From NCBI GenBank assembly GCA_003344405.1, contig NOWV01000171.1:53558-117557 (forward strand): a DNA stretch of 64,000 nucleotides, in the 5' to 3' direction. The position numbers were made by a program, and so were the translations under genes. The notes under the pieces were generated by a model that was given only the letters and a program-made list of their open reading frames with translations, was not told where the DNA came from and ran no database searches. This DNA comes from Trichoplax sp. H2 (lineage: Eukaryota). Shown one piece after another: positions 40,325 to 54,500 of the stretch (within the stretch, counting starts at the first letter, position 1; every line of letters begins with the position of its first letter).

Positions 40325-43300
40325 TTAAACATTCCTTTTTAGCCAGTCTTCTGCAACTCTTTCATAACTATTGATCCACGAAATTCTGTTCTTAATACTT
40401 TCAACAGACTGCTTAACAGCGTTAGCACCTGTGCCTACATCAGGATTCTGTCTGAAGAAATCTTCAACCTAGAGAAAGGCATACACAACTTATTAATATA
40501 CAGTATAGTCATCCATGCAATCTTCAGGGTTGTTAAAATACTAGATTCACTCTTGCTTCAATCTTAAACTTGCCTGCTTCAATCTAAATTGTGATGCAAA
40601 CCGTCCAGCAGTATTTCTGATTAAGCTACCAAAGGAAAAGAAACTGCCGCCATACCTTTAACAAAATGTACAAATTTTAGTCATAATTATAAACATTCCC
40701 TTGATTCGAATACTAGTAAACATCATATAATGTATAAGATTTTACGTTTTCCTAATATATGCCCAATTAGCACGAACGAAGTCCCATGCGAGAGGCCTGC
40801 CAACCAAGTTATTGGCAATGTAACCAATAACAACAGTAGAATCTTGGGAACGAACTTTAGCAGGATCAATGGACCACCTTAAGTACCTACAAACAGTTCA
40901 ATAATTTTTTGAATGTTTAGTGTACGAGAATTAAGTTAATTAATCATTGCAATTGGTAAATCCATCATCAGAAGTCACAATGTACCTATTCAGAATCCAC
41001 GGTTCCTTTGAATATGACAAAGCATCTAATATAGTTCGTTTTTCGGAAGCGACATTCGTTTTATAGAAGTAATTATACAGGAAATCCCACTCTGCGATAC
41101 CTCCATTAGCTATACCAAAACGGTATACAACCGCCTTCAAGTTCGGTTTTACGCTAATGTTGAATAGACGATTGATCTCACTATCCCCGCTTTGCAAAAA
41201 GTCACCTTGACTATGCAAGTATTCTGTATTTCCAGGTAAAATTAAATATCAACATTAACTTACGCATTATTTGTGGGGTCCGCCATAAAGCGACGGAAAA
41301 GCAAAGTTGCATTATCTAAACATGGCTTGTATCCAAATCCACAACCAATAGTTAAGGCCGACATGCGCAATAATCTGATTAAATTTGATGGCTTATATCA
41401 ATTATTGAAATTATGGTAATTTTATAATTTTAAGGTAGTAATTAGTATGTTCAGTTTTTTAAAGCTTACTATTAATACATAATTATAGTAAAAGTTAAAA
41501 ATACTCACTTCTGAGTATGACTCCCTTTGTCTTCAAAGCCAATCGTGTCCAATAAAGGCTTTAATTGCTTCAAGTAATATTGCTAAATAATAGGGTATAT
41601 AAATAAAAGCTCATAATAAGCTTATCACATTCATAATGTGAGATTATTTTATTATAGTTGTATAATTAAATATATGTGTCTAAGTATACATATCTGTCAT
41701 TTACACTAACCGAAAAGTAACCGTAGGATGAACGATATGATATGATGGATCCAATAGCGCCAAGTACAGAGTTTGCAGTCCTCCAAGGAACATAGCTTCT
41801 TTCTTTCGTAAGATACTTTGTTGTACCAAAAGCGATGTCGTAACTGAGCTGGCCAACTCTACAAAACGAGAAATTAGCGTAACAAGTTTATACAGGACAA
41901 AACCTTGAGAAGTACTTGGAGACTTCAAGGGTTCATTATAATTATCGATCAGTCCCTTATTACCTTGCAAGATTAAAAGCGTCATCAAGTAGATTGGAGA
42001 AATCTCTTTTTGATAATGCCTGTCACGCATACGGAAAGCAACGATCAGTATTTCATGAATATTTCAATACGTTATAAGCACATATGTCAAACACTATAAA
42101 ATCAATCAACATTTTTTAAATGCACGCCATCATTATTGGAAAAACTTACCGGTTGTGTTTTCTGCATTTCCTGGATGAGGAGATTCCAATTACTTACTGG
42201 ATAGTTAACTCGGTAATAGCCATAAGCATCTTTGTTGGCCTTCAGCCAAGTACCAGCTGGCCAAGCTATATTGAGAGCTATTTAGGAATTTAAAATTACA
42301 TAATTACCAAACTTGTTGTAAAGTACAAAATACTCAAACACAACATTGGATTTTAGATCGCTACAGTACTTGCAAAATACTTTTAATCTATCTAACTATT
42401 TATAATCCACATATGCATGAACGTAGCTTACTGGAACTCATGTTAACCATTGCACTTCGAATTGTGTTCGGCGAATTTCCAAGAATGTATTTAAGCGGGA
42501 TATTCCACTTGTATCTATTAATTTAAAGCAATTAGCCAAGTCTAGCTTTCTGATAAGCTTACGCGGATCAAATTTTATTCATCTTTAATAAATGTAATTA
42601 GAGATACTACTAATAATAAATAAATATTATCATACCCATAGGGTGACCTGAATTTTGAGGTTGCTGGGTCAACCTCGGGATTTTTATTATTGGGATCCAA
42701 CAAGAAACGTTTTTGTGAGAGTCGAGCTTGAGAACCTGTATTCGTGATAGTAACGACAGGAAATCCCATTTGCAGTGTCCAAGTATCCATAACATCAGTA
42801 ACATTTATCCTGTAAGAAATGGCCTTAAATGTTGCCATAATAATTCGATCAATGATGTGCTACGGGCAATTAACTACAGAACTTTATGATAGTGCTTGTA
42901 AATCATTAATATACATATCCGATTAAATTTTACCTCCGATAAAGTTTGCCAAAGATCTCGAGTTACAGCATTCCGATATTCGAATTTTTTTAAGTATCTC
43001 TACATTTAAGAAAAGTAAACGTACGATAAAGAGATAATCTAAAAACTTTTAAGCCATCAATGTGCAATCAGTTTTAGAATATATGTCATACCGAAATGCC
43101 ATTCTTGAAATCCAAATTACCCATCATATCTCTCATCATTCTAATGATCGATGCACCCTACATTATAATTGAAAGATTACTTACTAACTTCTATTACAGT
43201 ACCAACGTTTCAAAAAAATTAAAATATCCACAATTCAAAAATAGGTTTCAAAGAGAACAGACCTTCGCGTAAGAAATTGTGTCGAAAACTTCATTAATTT

Positions 43301-46300
43301 CGTCGGGATGATAAACAGTAACTTGGACAGGATGTGAAGTTACAAATGCATCCAAAGAGAAGGCGCGCTGTACGTCGATAGGTACAAATTGATCGAGCTA
43401 TTCAAACAAAGAGCACAACAATTGTAAATTTTTAGCAATATAAAACTATAGGGAAATCACGTATTATCTATCCACTGTGGTGATCATCATTCTCTAATTA
43501 TTGGGGAAATTTAAAATTATGTATTACCATTTCCCATGTAGGTTGATAATGATCAGTGCCGAGATATTCCATGAAACTAGCAAAGCCTTCGTTAAGCCAA
43601 AGATCATCCCACCACTTCATAGTGACTAAATTACCAAACCACTACATGTTCAAATAGAAATTGAATAACTTAGTTCACAACAAGAGAGTAACGTAGGAGC
43701 TCATATCAATAATTTTTATTAACCATATGAGCCAATTCATGAGCCACTACATAAGCAACACGTTGCTGATTGTTAGCTGCAGAGACATTTGGATCATATA
43801 ATAAAGCAGTTTCGCGATAGAGAATTAAACCCCAATTTTCCATGGCCCCAGCAGCAAAGTCAGGAACTGCTACCATGTCTATTAGTTATTAAGGTGGCGA
43901 TAGGTATCAAGCGATTAGCAAAGCAAGAATAATGAAATGTATCAAACAACAAACTAATTACCGCATTATCAAGCATTACCTTGTTTCGGCAATGGGAAAG
44001 GAATACCGAAAAAATCTTCGAAGTAATCAGTTATATTAACACCACCAATTAAAGCGAAATTGCCCTGATTGATAGTATCGGTAGTTGCCCAAACCCTTAT
44101 CTAGATCCAATTTTAGTAAAATTTAGCTCCGCTGAGAAATTTTTAATTAATTTTAAATTGTATAAACAGGCAACATGAAACATAATGCTGTTTACTATTT
44201 ATGTTAACATACCGGTACTCTGTTTTTGGTCATCATTTCGATGTAAGTAAAATCGGCTAACACAAATGCAAGTAAGTACGAACTCATCCTAACACTGGCT
44301 GTAATAAATTGAAATATCGATCGTTAAGTACAGTTTCTATTTTAACAATAATAAAACAACGTATGCAAAGACTGAAATTTAATTACCAGGCTACATCAAT
44401 GGTCAATGTATCAAGGTGACAATACAACCTGCAAAGTCTTTCTTTGTACTGTACTACGCTAGATATGAAGTATCGTTCACTAAACTTACTGTTGTAGTCA
44501 TATCTTCTAAAACCAGGGCGATTAGGTATTGTAACATTTCTTTGAATTGGCATATTCCATAGAACGCTCGTATAATTTGATTGAGTAATGATTGTTGCTG
44601 TAAAATTGGCCTTCAATTCAGGCTCATCAAAGAGAGGTATAATCTTACGTGCGTCAGTTGGTTGACATTGGCTAGCTGCGATATTTCTAAATTGGAAAAA
44701 ATAACATTGCATAAAATTTTAGAAATGCAACAAATTTACTTCACAATTGTTAGGATTTACAGCAACACATTGACGTAACGATTGCTTCCCCCTCAATTTT
44801 TTTTTTTAATTCCGTCATTTCGATACTCGATTAACAAATTTAAAGTAACCTATCGTGCCGTTCGCATTGGCAACCCTACCCATCAAATACGACATAAGTA
44901 ATTTCTCCTACTTTAAAATAAACTCCATATCTAAAAATGAAGAGCCGCTTGTGCTACAATAATGATCACAACATTTGTTTTGGCACATGGCACTACGACT
45001 GGTGTTGACAACGCTAAACCGTAGTACAGTACAGTATAGTGAATTATTTACAGTACTTTGCGCGATTGTAATTTCGAAACTGGCCAATCAAATTCAGCTT
45101 CCAATTTACGTCACAGAGAGGCTGATTTGATAGATTGTTGTTCCGTCGAGGACACGTTTCATGTGGTCATGTAACCAGCATTCAGTGCGCACTTTTTAGA
45201 GCTCCAGTAGTAGGGTAAAAGGATTACAGCACGGTAGGAAAAGGATTACAGGCACTGTACGTACAGTACAATCATGGACTACTACAGTACAGTACTATAT
45301 GTACAAAAAACACTGTAGACTGTAGTCCATGGTACTGTACTGTGCCAGAGACTTCTCCGATAGGGCAATACGGTACAGTGGAAAACTCTCTTTAAAATGA
45401 GAGTCTGCTGAATCAGCCGCCAGAGTCAATTAGCCATTTAATTAATAATGACTTGGAACCATCACTGAACGGACGGCAAAATCAAAATAATACAGTACTG
45501 TAAAATCTCCAATCTATTTATCTACTGTACAGCAGCTAAAGGTGTGGCCCAAAGTAACGCACATTGGGGGACGCTAGAAATTTTTCCTTTTACCTTGATG
45601 GCTTGATGCCCGTTGATGGAAAGGAAGACTAAAACTTTTGATTTACCGCACCGTATTTGCACGGTATAGTAGTATATGGTTTACGTATCTAAACATAGCA
45701 GAGCCCAGTATTGCTCTGAGACATGATACGTCTGTGTCCAGTCTGTGACTGATTTAGTTGGACACTTACAGCACAGCATGTTGAACGTCATTGTCGAAAG
45801 CGAATATGCGTAAGTAAATAATTACCTTGTCGCATAAGCACACAACGTTGTTGTAATTAGGTGAACAGTTTCTGTACAATGCTTACGATGTGCAATTTAC
45901 TTTTACTTACATTACACGGCCATCCAATTTTGTGTAAGTACTTTTATACAAGCCGTTCAACGCAGTAGATAATGCTGCCCTAAAATTAAATCGGACGTAA
46001 TAGATTCCAGGATTAAGCGGGCTAGCCAGCACAATGTAGTAATAATCATTTAGCGCAAAAGCATTATGTTCGGATATCGTTAACGGGTTGCCAAAATTAC
46101 GTGTAGACGAAACCACTGGGGAACCTACTAATGTCATTTGCTTCATATGAACAATAATGATATTCGTTTGTGAAGTAACGGAGATTTCGATATCATTTTG
46201 GCCAGTAAACTGCAAGCCAATCATATCTACATCCAAAGAAAACCAGTACTGAATTGGAACAATATTTTTGGGAAGCCGAATGTTATTGACCGCCGGATAT

Positions 46301-46593
46301 CTCGATGTCGGTTTAGGTGCGGTAGGTTTGACTGTAGCAACAGTTCGAGTTGTGGTAGAACCTGAACTTTGAGTCATGCCAGGTCTTGTGGTCATCGATG
46401 GCCGCGTTGTAGCCATAGTTGCCTGGGTACCGCCAGATCCTTGTGCACTTCCTCTAGGAACAACACCAGCCATAATGCCAACCAATACGATCAAACCGAT
46501 AGCAACAGCAACTGCAATGATTAGATGACACTTGCTACAGTAGTAACCATTTGGTTTCTTTTCTCGCACTTCAAAATCCGTTCCTTTTTCCAT
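40325..46593 (-). CDS. Aminopeptidase N-like M1 zinc metallopeptidase (APN-A), a type II membrane protein. Exon 1 is 45911-46593 and encodes the cytoplasmic tail, the TM segment ([21 protein letters not shown]), a Ser/Thr-rich stalk and the start of the N-domain. Exon 2 begins at about 44706 (..[29 protein letters not shown]). The catalytic exon near 43560-43860 carries [53 protein letters not shown]. The 42575-42838 region carries [20 protein letters not shown]. The 40940-41218 region carries [13 protein letters not shown]...EPWILNRY. The stop is at 40325-40327 (...[17 protein letters not shown]).
   Basis: The intact GAMEN exopeptidase motif and the HEXXH-(18)-E zinc-binding motif are present. 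There is strong colinearity with vertebrate ANPEP (QPTDAR..FPCFDEP; [12 protein letters not shown]; EEWDFAWEQF...LWILNRYL). Canonical splice sites are used; exon 1 ends ..GRV-AT|gtaagt. Confidence 0.85.
45030..45345. repeat. (TGTAC)n tracts plus an inverted repeat (catggactactacagtac...gtagactgtagtccatgg) inside intron 1 of APN-A.
   Basis: Seen directly at 45030-45060 and 45255-45345. Confidence 0.75.
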
Positions 46594-47194
46594 CTTGTTT
46601 ATTTAATGTGTTATAGTAAATAGAACTTCCTACAACTGCAATCGTCACAAACTGTCGAAACACAGAAGCAGAAATAACTGCGAGGAGTACGAACTGTGAG
46701 TTGGCAGGAGAAAAAATAAAAAATAAAAAAAAAACAATCAAGACAGGCTAACTCAGTTCCGTTAACTGATCAGAAAAACGCTCTCCTGCCAATGATGATT
46801 AAGGGACAGGAGTAGCCAATAAAATAGCATGACCAGCCAACTATCGTGTTACCCAGCACGATACAGTTACCGTGCAGTATTGGTCCATCTGATACTAGCC
46901 AGTGGTTACTGACATGTGACATAGCACACTGTCTAGTGTACACTGCTGTGCGCGGTTGGCTACTATGGTATAGTCACACAGTACAGTATAATTGGTCGCC
47001 GTCCTTTGATTAAACGATTAATAATAAAAAAATTAATTAGCACTGCCCGTTTAACAAACATCAAATTATCATAATAATAGAGCTTTATTTGATCTGACTC
47101 ACTTAATAAAAGCTGATGGCAGAACCAGCCAGAACTATGGTATACTTTCTGCCAAGTTTCTATTAACGTTGATGTTGGGCGGAGCCTAATGGCG

Positions 47195-50100
47195 TACAGT
47201 ACAGTGCACTGTACGGCACTGTTAAAAGTACTGTACAGTACAGTATTTACAGTATTAGCGTTTCAAACATTTCGATGTACAGTACAGTACAGTACAGTAC
47301 AGTACTGTACACTGTACCGTACGTACTGTAGTTACCGTACTGTACATACTGTAGAGATCAAGATAAGGTAAATACACGACAGTAAAACGGTATCATGATG
47401 ACCGTACCACGAAATTGTTACTGACTATCAGTAAGTTTTTGCTCCCTATTTATGTACTGTACAAGGAAAGGAATTGACCACAAAATTTATAAATTAACTC
47501 ATCTTATTTTATTATTTTATGTAAGACCACTTGTAACCAGTATCATGGCTTTATTGTATGTTCACAGCTTAAATCCCTTCCAAGCTTTCTTTTCTTTCTA
47601 CTCAAGTAGTGTCACGTATCGCATGATTGACTGGTTTTGGCTAGTTATTATGCACGTGTTAATAAAACCGATAGGCAGAACAACCGAACAAAAGCGCTCG
47701 ATTTTTCTTTCAATTTTTTATTTATTTATCATCGTCTGCTATATTCGTGCTGTATTTAAATATCAGTTTTATAATGTACTTTATAACTACTGTATATTTA
47801 ATTACAATACAGCTGTTATATTAACTATCAATACAATAAATAGGAAATGTTATAGCAGTCAATAAAGTTTCATAGTTGCAGATAAAAAAAGAGCTGAATA
47901 TATTCACGGTGCTGTTGCATTTCCGCTTTACAATATATTCAAATTGACACAATGTGAGTTTTACATTATTGTAGGCCTATCTGAAATTAAAGTTTTCCAA
48001 GCAGCTCCTATTTTAACCACGATACAATTCGAAGAGGCACATTTGTCAAAACCGTCCATAATGCTCACCTGGAAAAGAGGATCCAGAATACCATAAACAG
48101 ACATTGATCTAGGCGAACTTTCGCTGAAACTCACATTGTAAAACAATACTAATAAATAGATATCTATAGAATAGATAAGTAAATCGATAGTTGGAATAAC
48201 GAAGAATAGGATGCCAAACGTTAGCATTTACTGCTGCATGCCCTCAAGGAGTTTTAGTAATTCTATTCATACTCTGTGCCATCATAGCGCTATAATTGAA
48301 AATCATTTTGCAAATATTGTATGCCAGTTCACCCCTTATTTACTGAGAAAATCGATAAACTGACGACACTGGGTCTAGTCCCTTATCCATCACCACAGGG
48401 CATTAGTTGTCTAATTTTCAATACTCGTGCATATAATTTGACTTATTAAAGATCTTCTCAAGCTTATCCCAATTTACAGTAATGTATGACAGTATTCAGA
48501 GTTATACAGTACAGAGTATCATATTCCCTAAACGGTTAATTAAACGGACTTTAACATAGCATAACTAATTCGTACACTATGCTGTACAGTGTACAGTATA
48601 TATTATCTACTGTATAGTACTATACTGTACTGTACTGTACATCAATCATCAGTCCTCTTTGGGAATAGCCTTTACGAGGAGTTTTCTCAGTGGGGTTCAA
48701 GAGTTAGCATTATTATTATTGCATTTGGTGTAACAGCTGTTGTTTTTACAGTCCATCACATCAACGTCATTAACCCTCTTCAGATCAAAACTACATGTTT
48801 TTACTGTATTGCATGATCATTAATTATGTGACAAGTTTGAACCACATCATCTACTTCTTTAGTCTGGCATCTGTAGATCCATAGGCTCAGCGAAGTGGTA
48901 GACAAGAGTTAGGAGATAGTTGTACAGCCTTTGTTGAAAGCGCGTAAGGCTTATGTAACTCCACAACAATCGTACAGTCAGGTATGCGATACGCGGTTAT
49001 AATACAGACGCGCGATACAGGTTTATACCAAATAATCCAATGGTAACAACATTAAGCCATGCATACATTACTGTACAGGGATGTGCAATTGTGCATAGTA
49101 TGATCTACAGCATCCATAAGATCTCTTTATCCGCAACGCTGCGTGATTGATTGTTTTCCAGATTCATGTCTGTGTCATGTACATTAGTACAGTACAGTGG
49201 AATGACCAGAAAAATGATAAGCCTCCATGCTTTTTTGCACTGAAAAGTGGTACTGCTGTACTCGTCTTGTACACTGCACAGAGATCGCGAAAGTGCCTCA
49301 CTTCTGAGTAACCGATATCGGACGAGTTAGCGCTCTAGGTTTTTTTCGTTTATCTGTATGGCTTACATCATCAAGTTACGGCAAAGGTGACGTCCACTGT
49401 ACTGTACTCTAACTGTACATATATATAGGTTAGATTTGTATGATATACAGAAACAACATACAAGCCTGAGCTGATATGCATTTTTCATGGTATTTTTCAG
49501 ATACATTCACTCACTTTTCTACTACATGGTATCAGTTCCGCTAATACTGCTGCAGTACTGACAAAAGTTAAATTAAAAGTAAATTAAAATAATAATAATC
49601 GCATATTTGAATAAAGAAGAATAATAAAGATATCAGTTTTGAGGCTAATACTTGATTCGAATCTCTGATAGTGATACTGTACTTTCGATCAATCAATGAT
49701 TTCTTATTGTTAATTGCGATACTGATAGAGTACAGTACTGTACAATCAGGGACTATTAAACGAACGAGATGGGGCAGGAAACGGTTGTTCGGTATGTTCG
49801 CTATACTAATAAATCAATAATGTGGAGGCTGATTATTCAATTGGTCATTTCAATTGTATCGCATATCTGTAAACGGTACACTATACTGTATGCGATTGGC
49901 GTCAAAAATTAGCTGCTATTATCCTACTACCTTGCTGTAAGTTGGTTTTATGCAGTATGGTATACAGTTTCAATGTTTCATCGGTAGCATATAGTACAAC
50001 GACCGAAAAAATGATAAGCCCTCCAAATTAGTTTACTTTACGCTATGGTCGTTTCCTGTTCCGTTTCTTTCTTTTTCTTTCTTTAGTCATTCGGACTACT

Positions 50101-50245
50101 ACAGTAGATATACTGTACAGTACTGTACTATGCAGTGTACTGTACAGTACTGTACAGCATACAGTGTACCGTACGATTGTCATCATTGAGTAACCACGGT
50201 ATATCGACTTCTATTGTACAGTGTACACTGTACAGTACATTATTT
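47195..50245. repeat. Divergent intergenic region between APN-A and APN-B containing at least six separate (TGTAC)n microsatellite blocks (47195-47350, 48490-48650, about 49190-49215, 49395-49415, 49725-49750, 50095-50245).
   Basis: Seen directly, for example 'gtacagtacagtacagtacagtactgtacactgtaccgtacgtactgtag' and 'gtacagtactgtactatgcagtgtactgtacagtactgtacagcatacagtgtaccgtacg'. Confidence 0.8.
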
Positions 50246-51562
50246 TGACGCTTAACCAATCAAAATCTATCTTTTGAGAAAACGCATCACGTGCAAAATC
50301 CAAACAAATTATATTATTTAATGTCATATTATTATATATTACCTATATATATTATATTGTCATATGTCACGATATATATGTCACCGTGACATATACTGTA
50401 TATTATACAGCGAGTATAACAGCACGATAATTAAGGGTTAAGAAGGCGTAATCATATAAATATTGTATACCTTTCGCTAAATACAGTACTGTACTGGCAC
50501 ATAGGATTGGCTACTAGGCCCAGTCATTCCTCTGTGATGTATCCAAAAATGCTGCTAAAATGGCGTTATATCTTCGTTATACTTGTCCGAGCAAATTTAC
50601 CATATTTTAACGATATTAACGAAGATCTAAAACGATGTTCGGCGCAGAATATCTCTAGCTAAATATGTCAGGTGCACGCCCGTGCACTCCGAAAATCTTG
50701 GTTAATGACTTTGTTAACACTTAAATTAACTAATCAATTATTCACAGAATCGCAGCCTAAAAAAATCTGGTTGAACTATCGACGATAAGTTCTTGTAACT
50801 CTACTACTGCTTCTATTGTTATATTGTCAAGCGGTGGTTAGTTTCTTATCATAAAATATTGCCCAACATTGTCAGTAAAAGAAAAAACAAATTAGTTTTA
50901 AATTAAATTTATATTGATAATAACAATGTACCCAGATAAATAGGCCTGACCAATGACAGTATTATCAAAACAATGGTTACTATTGTTGCTTCCGTCTATT
51001 CGAACTTTCCAATTCTAATTGCCTTCGGGCAAATATGGTTAAATGAATTCGACGGCAGAATACATTGATAGACTGACAATGATACAATGCTGGACTTTGC
51101 AATGAGTATATGGCGTCCGAAAATAAAGGATACAATCAATGCAAACTCAAATAAGCTTAACATTGAAAAGCTACTTCTTTGTTCATTTAATATACTGTAC
51201 TGTATATATAATGGCGTTCATCAACGACGACGGCTTTGCTCTTATTATATATTATTTATCCAGCAATAATTACAATACTTTTGATCGTCCCCTACTTCAA
51301 GAAGATTAGCCACCTGAATATTACTTCAATATCACAACATTTGCATCCTTCTTCCTTTCTATCTATTTGATAGGGTTAACGATTCAGGAAATTATGTTGT
51401 AACTGTTGCTATCCAGTCTAATAATAATATACGCTGGTAAAGTGGAAAGCAAATCCTATACAATATATTAGGACAATCTTGGACATTTTTTTCCATCCGT
51501 GGATGGGAAACTAATGATATTGATTCTTCCAGAAATAGTCATCGCAGAACGAAAGACTGAAG

Positions 51563-54500
51563 ATGATTGAGAAAGATCGACAACAATCAGAGAAAACTGA
51601 CATTAGCAAGGAGGACAAAATTATTATTATCAAGCGGTTGCCTTGCAGCAATACTCGATGGCTTTTAGCGATAACAATCGTAGTCCTTTTAATTGCTATA
51701 ATTGGCTTGGTTGTCGGACTAATACCGAGGTCCAGTTCTCAATCTCAAGTTGGTACACAAATTGTTACAACAGTTTCAAGTATTAAATCCACCATACAAA
51801 CACAATCATCACCGTCTAAAATTACGTTTCCTACAACATTACCAATTAACACCAGAAAACCTACCGATGACTACAATACAATTCCATCTACTCCCGACCG
51901 TGTTAGCACTCATGCTCCCATTACAAATCCAATTCCAACTTCCAAGTATCCTGCTATGAACAATTCCCGTTTACCGAAACAAATTATACCTGTTCAGTAT
52001 TGGTTTCAACTCGAGATTAACGTTAAAAATTTAAACTTTTCCGGTTATAACATTATCGAATTAAACGTTACATCACCCACGAAATTAATAATTGTTCATG
52101 CTAAGCAGCTAACAATGACTGCAGTTCCTCAAGTATCTAATACTCGTGTTGCGACGGCTAATACAATCTATTATCCCGTCAAAGAACACGGCTACTACTT
52201 TCCCAATCAATATTATTATGTGGCATTGAAAGATTCTCTGAATGTTGGCATTTACTATATTAAATATCAATTTCAAGCACCTTTAAGTCGTGATTTTCGG
52301 GGATTATACGCGTATCATTACACAAGACAATCTGATCAACGTAAAATGTAAGTATGCCTACTAAGTTTTTTCCTAGCTAAGTTATGAACCGTACTAGCAG
52401 TATTTAATATCCCCACTAATCAGAAATTTTAGACTTTTATGAATTTTGTAATCAAGCGCCACAATTGTTTTAAAATATTTGTACTAAAATATTCACTAAA
52501 CATCTAAAATTTCAACCACCCAACCGCTTATACTTTAGTTTTGTGTTGCTATGCGTTAGAATCAGTCGAAAAAAATCTGAAATCTAATAGGTCAATTGAT
52601 ACAGTTATGAAAACCGTATCTGACATTGGGTATCATAAGGGTATGAAAGATTAGCCTTGAATGCATACGCGCATTTAATATGTATTTAATATGCATATAT
52701 TCTGTAAACAATGTCTTAACTACAATTCAGATTGAAATCCTTAATCAAATAAACAATAGATTGCCTCATTAACTTTTGTTAATCTGATAATTTAACGCCT
52801 AAATCGGTCATATCATTAATGATTTTACGTAATTTAATGGCTTAATGGAGGCCTTCTGCAATAGATTCTGATAAAATAATAAAACTGAATATACGTACGT
52901 ATACCCGTAAATACATTTAGCTTCTCAACTTTGTTATAACTTACTTTTTTTCATTTCTACTTTCCATAAATCATTTTTGTAATACGTTCTATTTCTGTGC
53001 GATTTTTAGTCTTCCTATTGATATTTATGTCCTCTGCCAATGTCAAACACCTTCCAATTAAGCTATTATGACCTTAATAATATGTATGCCTTCACTAATG
53101 ATGTTTATTCTAGATGGGCAGTAGCAAGTCAATCTCAACCTAATTATGCCCGAAGAATAATTCCTTGCTTTGATGAACCATCCTTTCCGGCTGTCTTCGT
53201 TGTGAGTGTAATCGTATCGATGGACTATAGTGCAATATCAAATACTGAAATCCTAGATATACAGCCTTACAGCGTGAACAAGATTCGCATTAGATTTGAT
53301 CGTAAGTCAATCGGCGTAAAGTTGTTAAAATTAACAATGTAACAATAATAATTATTACACTCAAATAGCGCCATCAATCATGATAATATCCCCTTATTAT
53401 ATAGGGATTAAAGCTTCAGTAATTTTTTTCTCGAAAATGTTTAATCATAAGCGATGAAGATTATTCTAACATAATTACCTTACAATATAAATCACAGTTG
53501 GATACCTTTATCACATATTCATCTTAGAATAAAAGCCAATTATAGTTTATCTATTCAATCTTGGCTACCATTAACCTTGACCTTCCAATTTTGTATATGT
53601 TGTTTTGGACGAAGCTGTACTGAACAATATTAATGAATTATTTATTACATCAGCTACTCATCGTATGCCAAGTTACTTTCTAAGTATCATTGTTCATAAT
53701 TTCCGCCGGATTCAACAAAAAACCAGGGCCGGATCCTCGGTATGTTACAATAAATTTTAGTTTTAATTATTATGAAATAACTATGAAACTTATTATCATT
53801 ATAATTATCATTCAAACCCTGTCCTCAGATTCGTATTTGGGCTAGAAGAGCAATCTACCAAGACGGGCAAAATGCTTTGACTGCAGCCGTAAATATAACG
53901 AATTATTTCGAAAAAATACTAGCTATTAACTCTCCCTCAAATAAACAAGGTAAGAAAATAATACTGATTTTAAGAATTATTACTTTAGATAAATTGAAAT
54001 AATTGGTTCTCAGGATTGTGCTGATAGAACTATGGATATGCAGATGTATTATGAATAGCTTGCGCTTTTACTTTTGAGTAACGCGTACACTTGTAAAAAT
54101 AAATCAAACTGACGATACGTTGAACATTTCATTAGATCATGTGGCACTTCCTACATTTACTGCAGATACCACCGCAAATTGGGGAGTCCTAATTTATCGG
54201 GAGGATTTTTTACTTGATAACAATTCCTACTCTTCGTCAAAACAGCAGCAACGAATTGCAGTTACTGTTGCCTATCAAATTGCGCAAATGGTAATATATA
54301 TTACACCGAAAATAATTGTTTCAAATTGTGAAATTGACATTCGGCAATCTATTTTCATATTAGTTTCAGTTTCTTTGTTTGACATTTACAGATTATTTAC
54401 AATATTCCTCTTAATTAATAAAAAAAATATTATGAGTGTAGCCACCTTACCAGACTAAAGAGTTTTAACGATGTTAAACTATATTTACAGTGGTTTGGAA

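Noticed and set aside
47452-47865. 137-aa ORF (+) in the APN-A/APN-B intergenic region
   Set aside because: It is extremely hydrophobic and Phe/Ile/Tyr-rich, as expected from AT-rich non-coding DNA. It has no motif similarity and is not flanked by splice signals, and it sits between satellite blocks.
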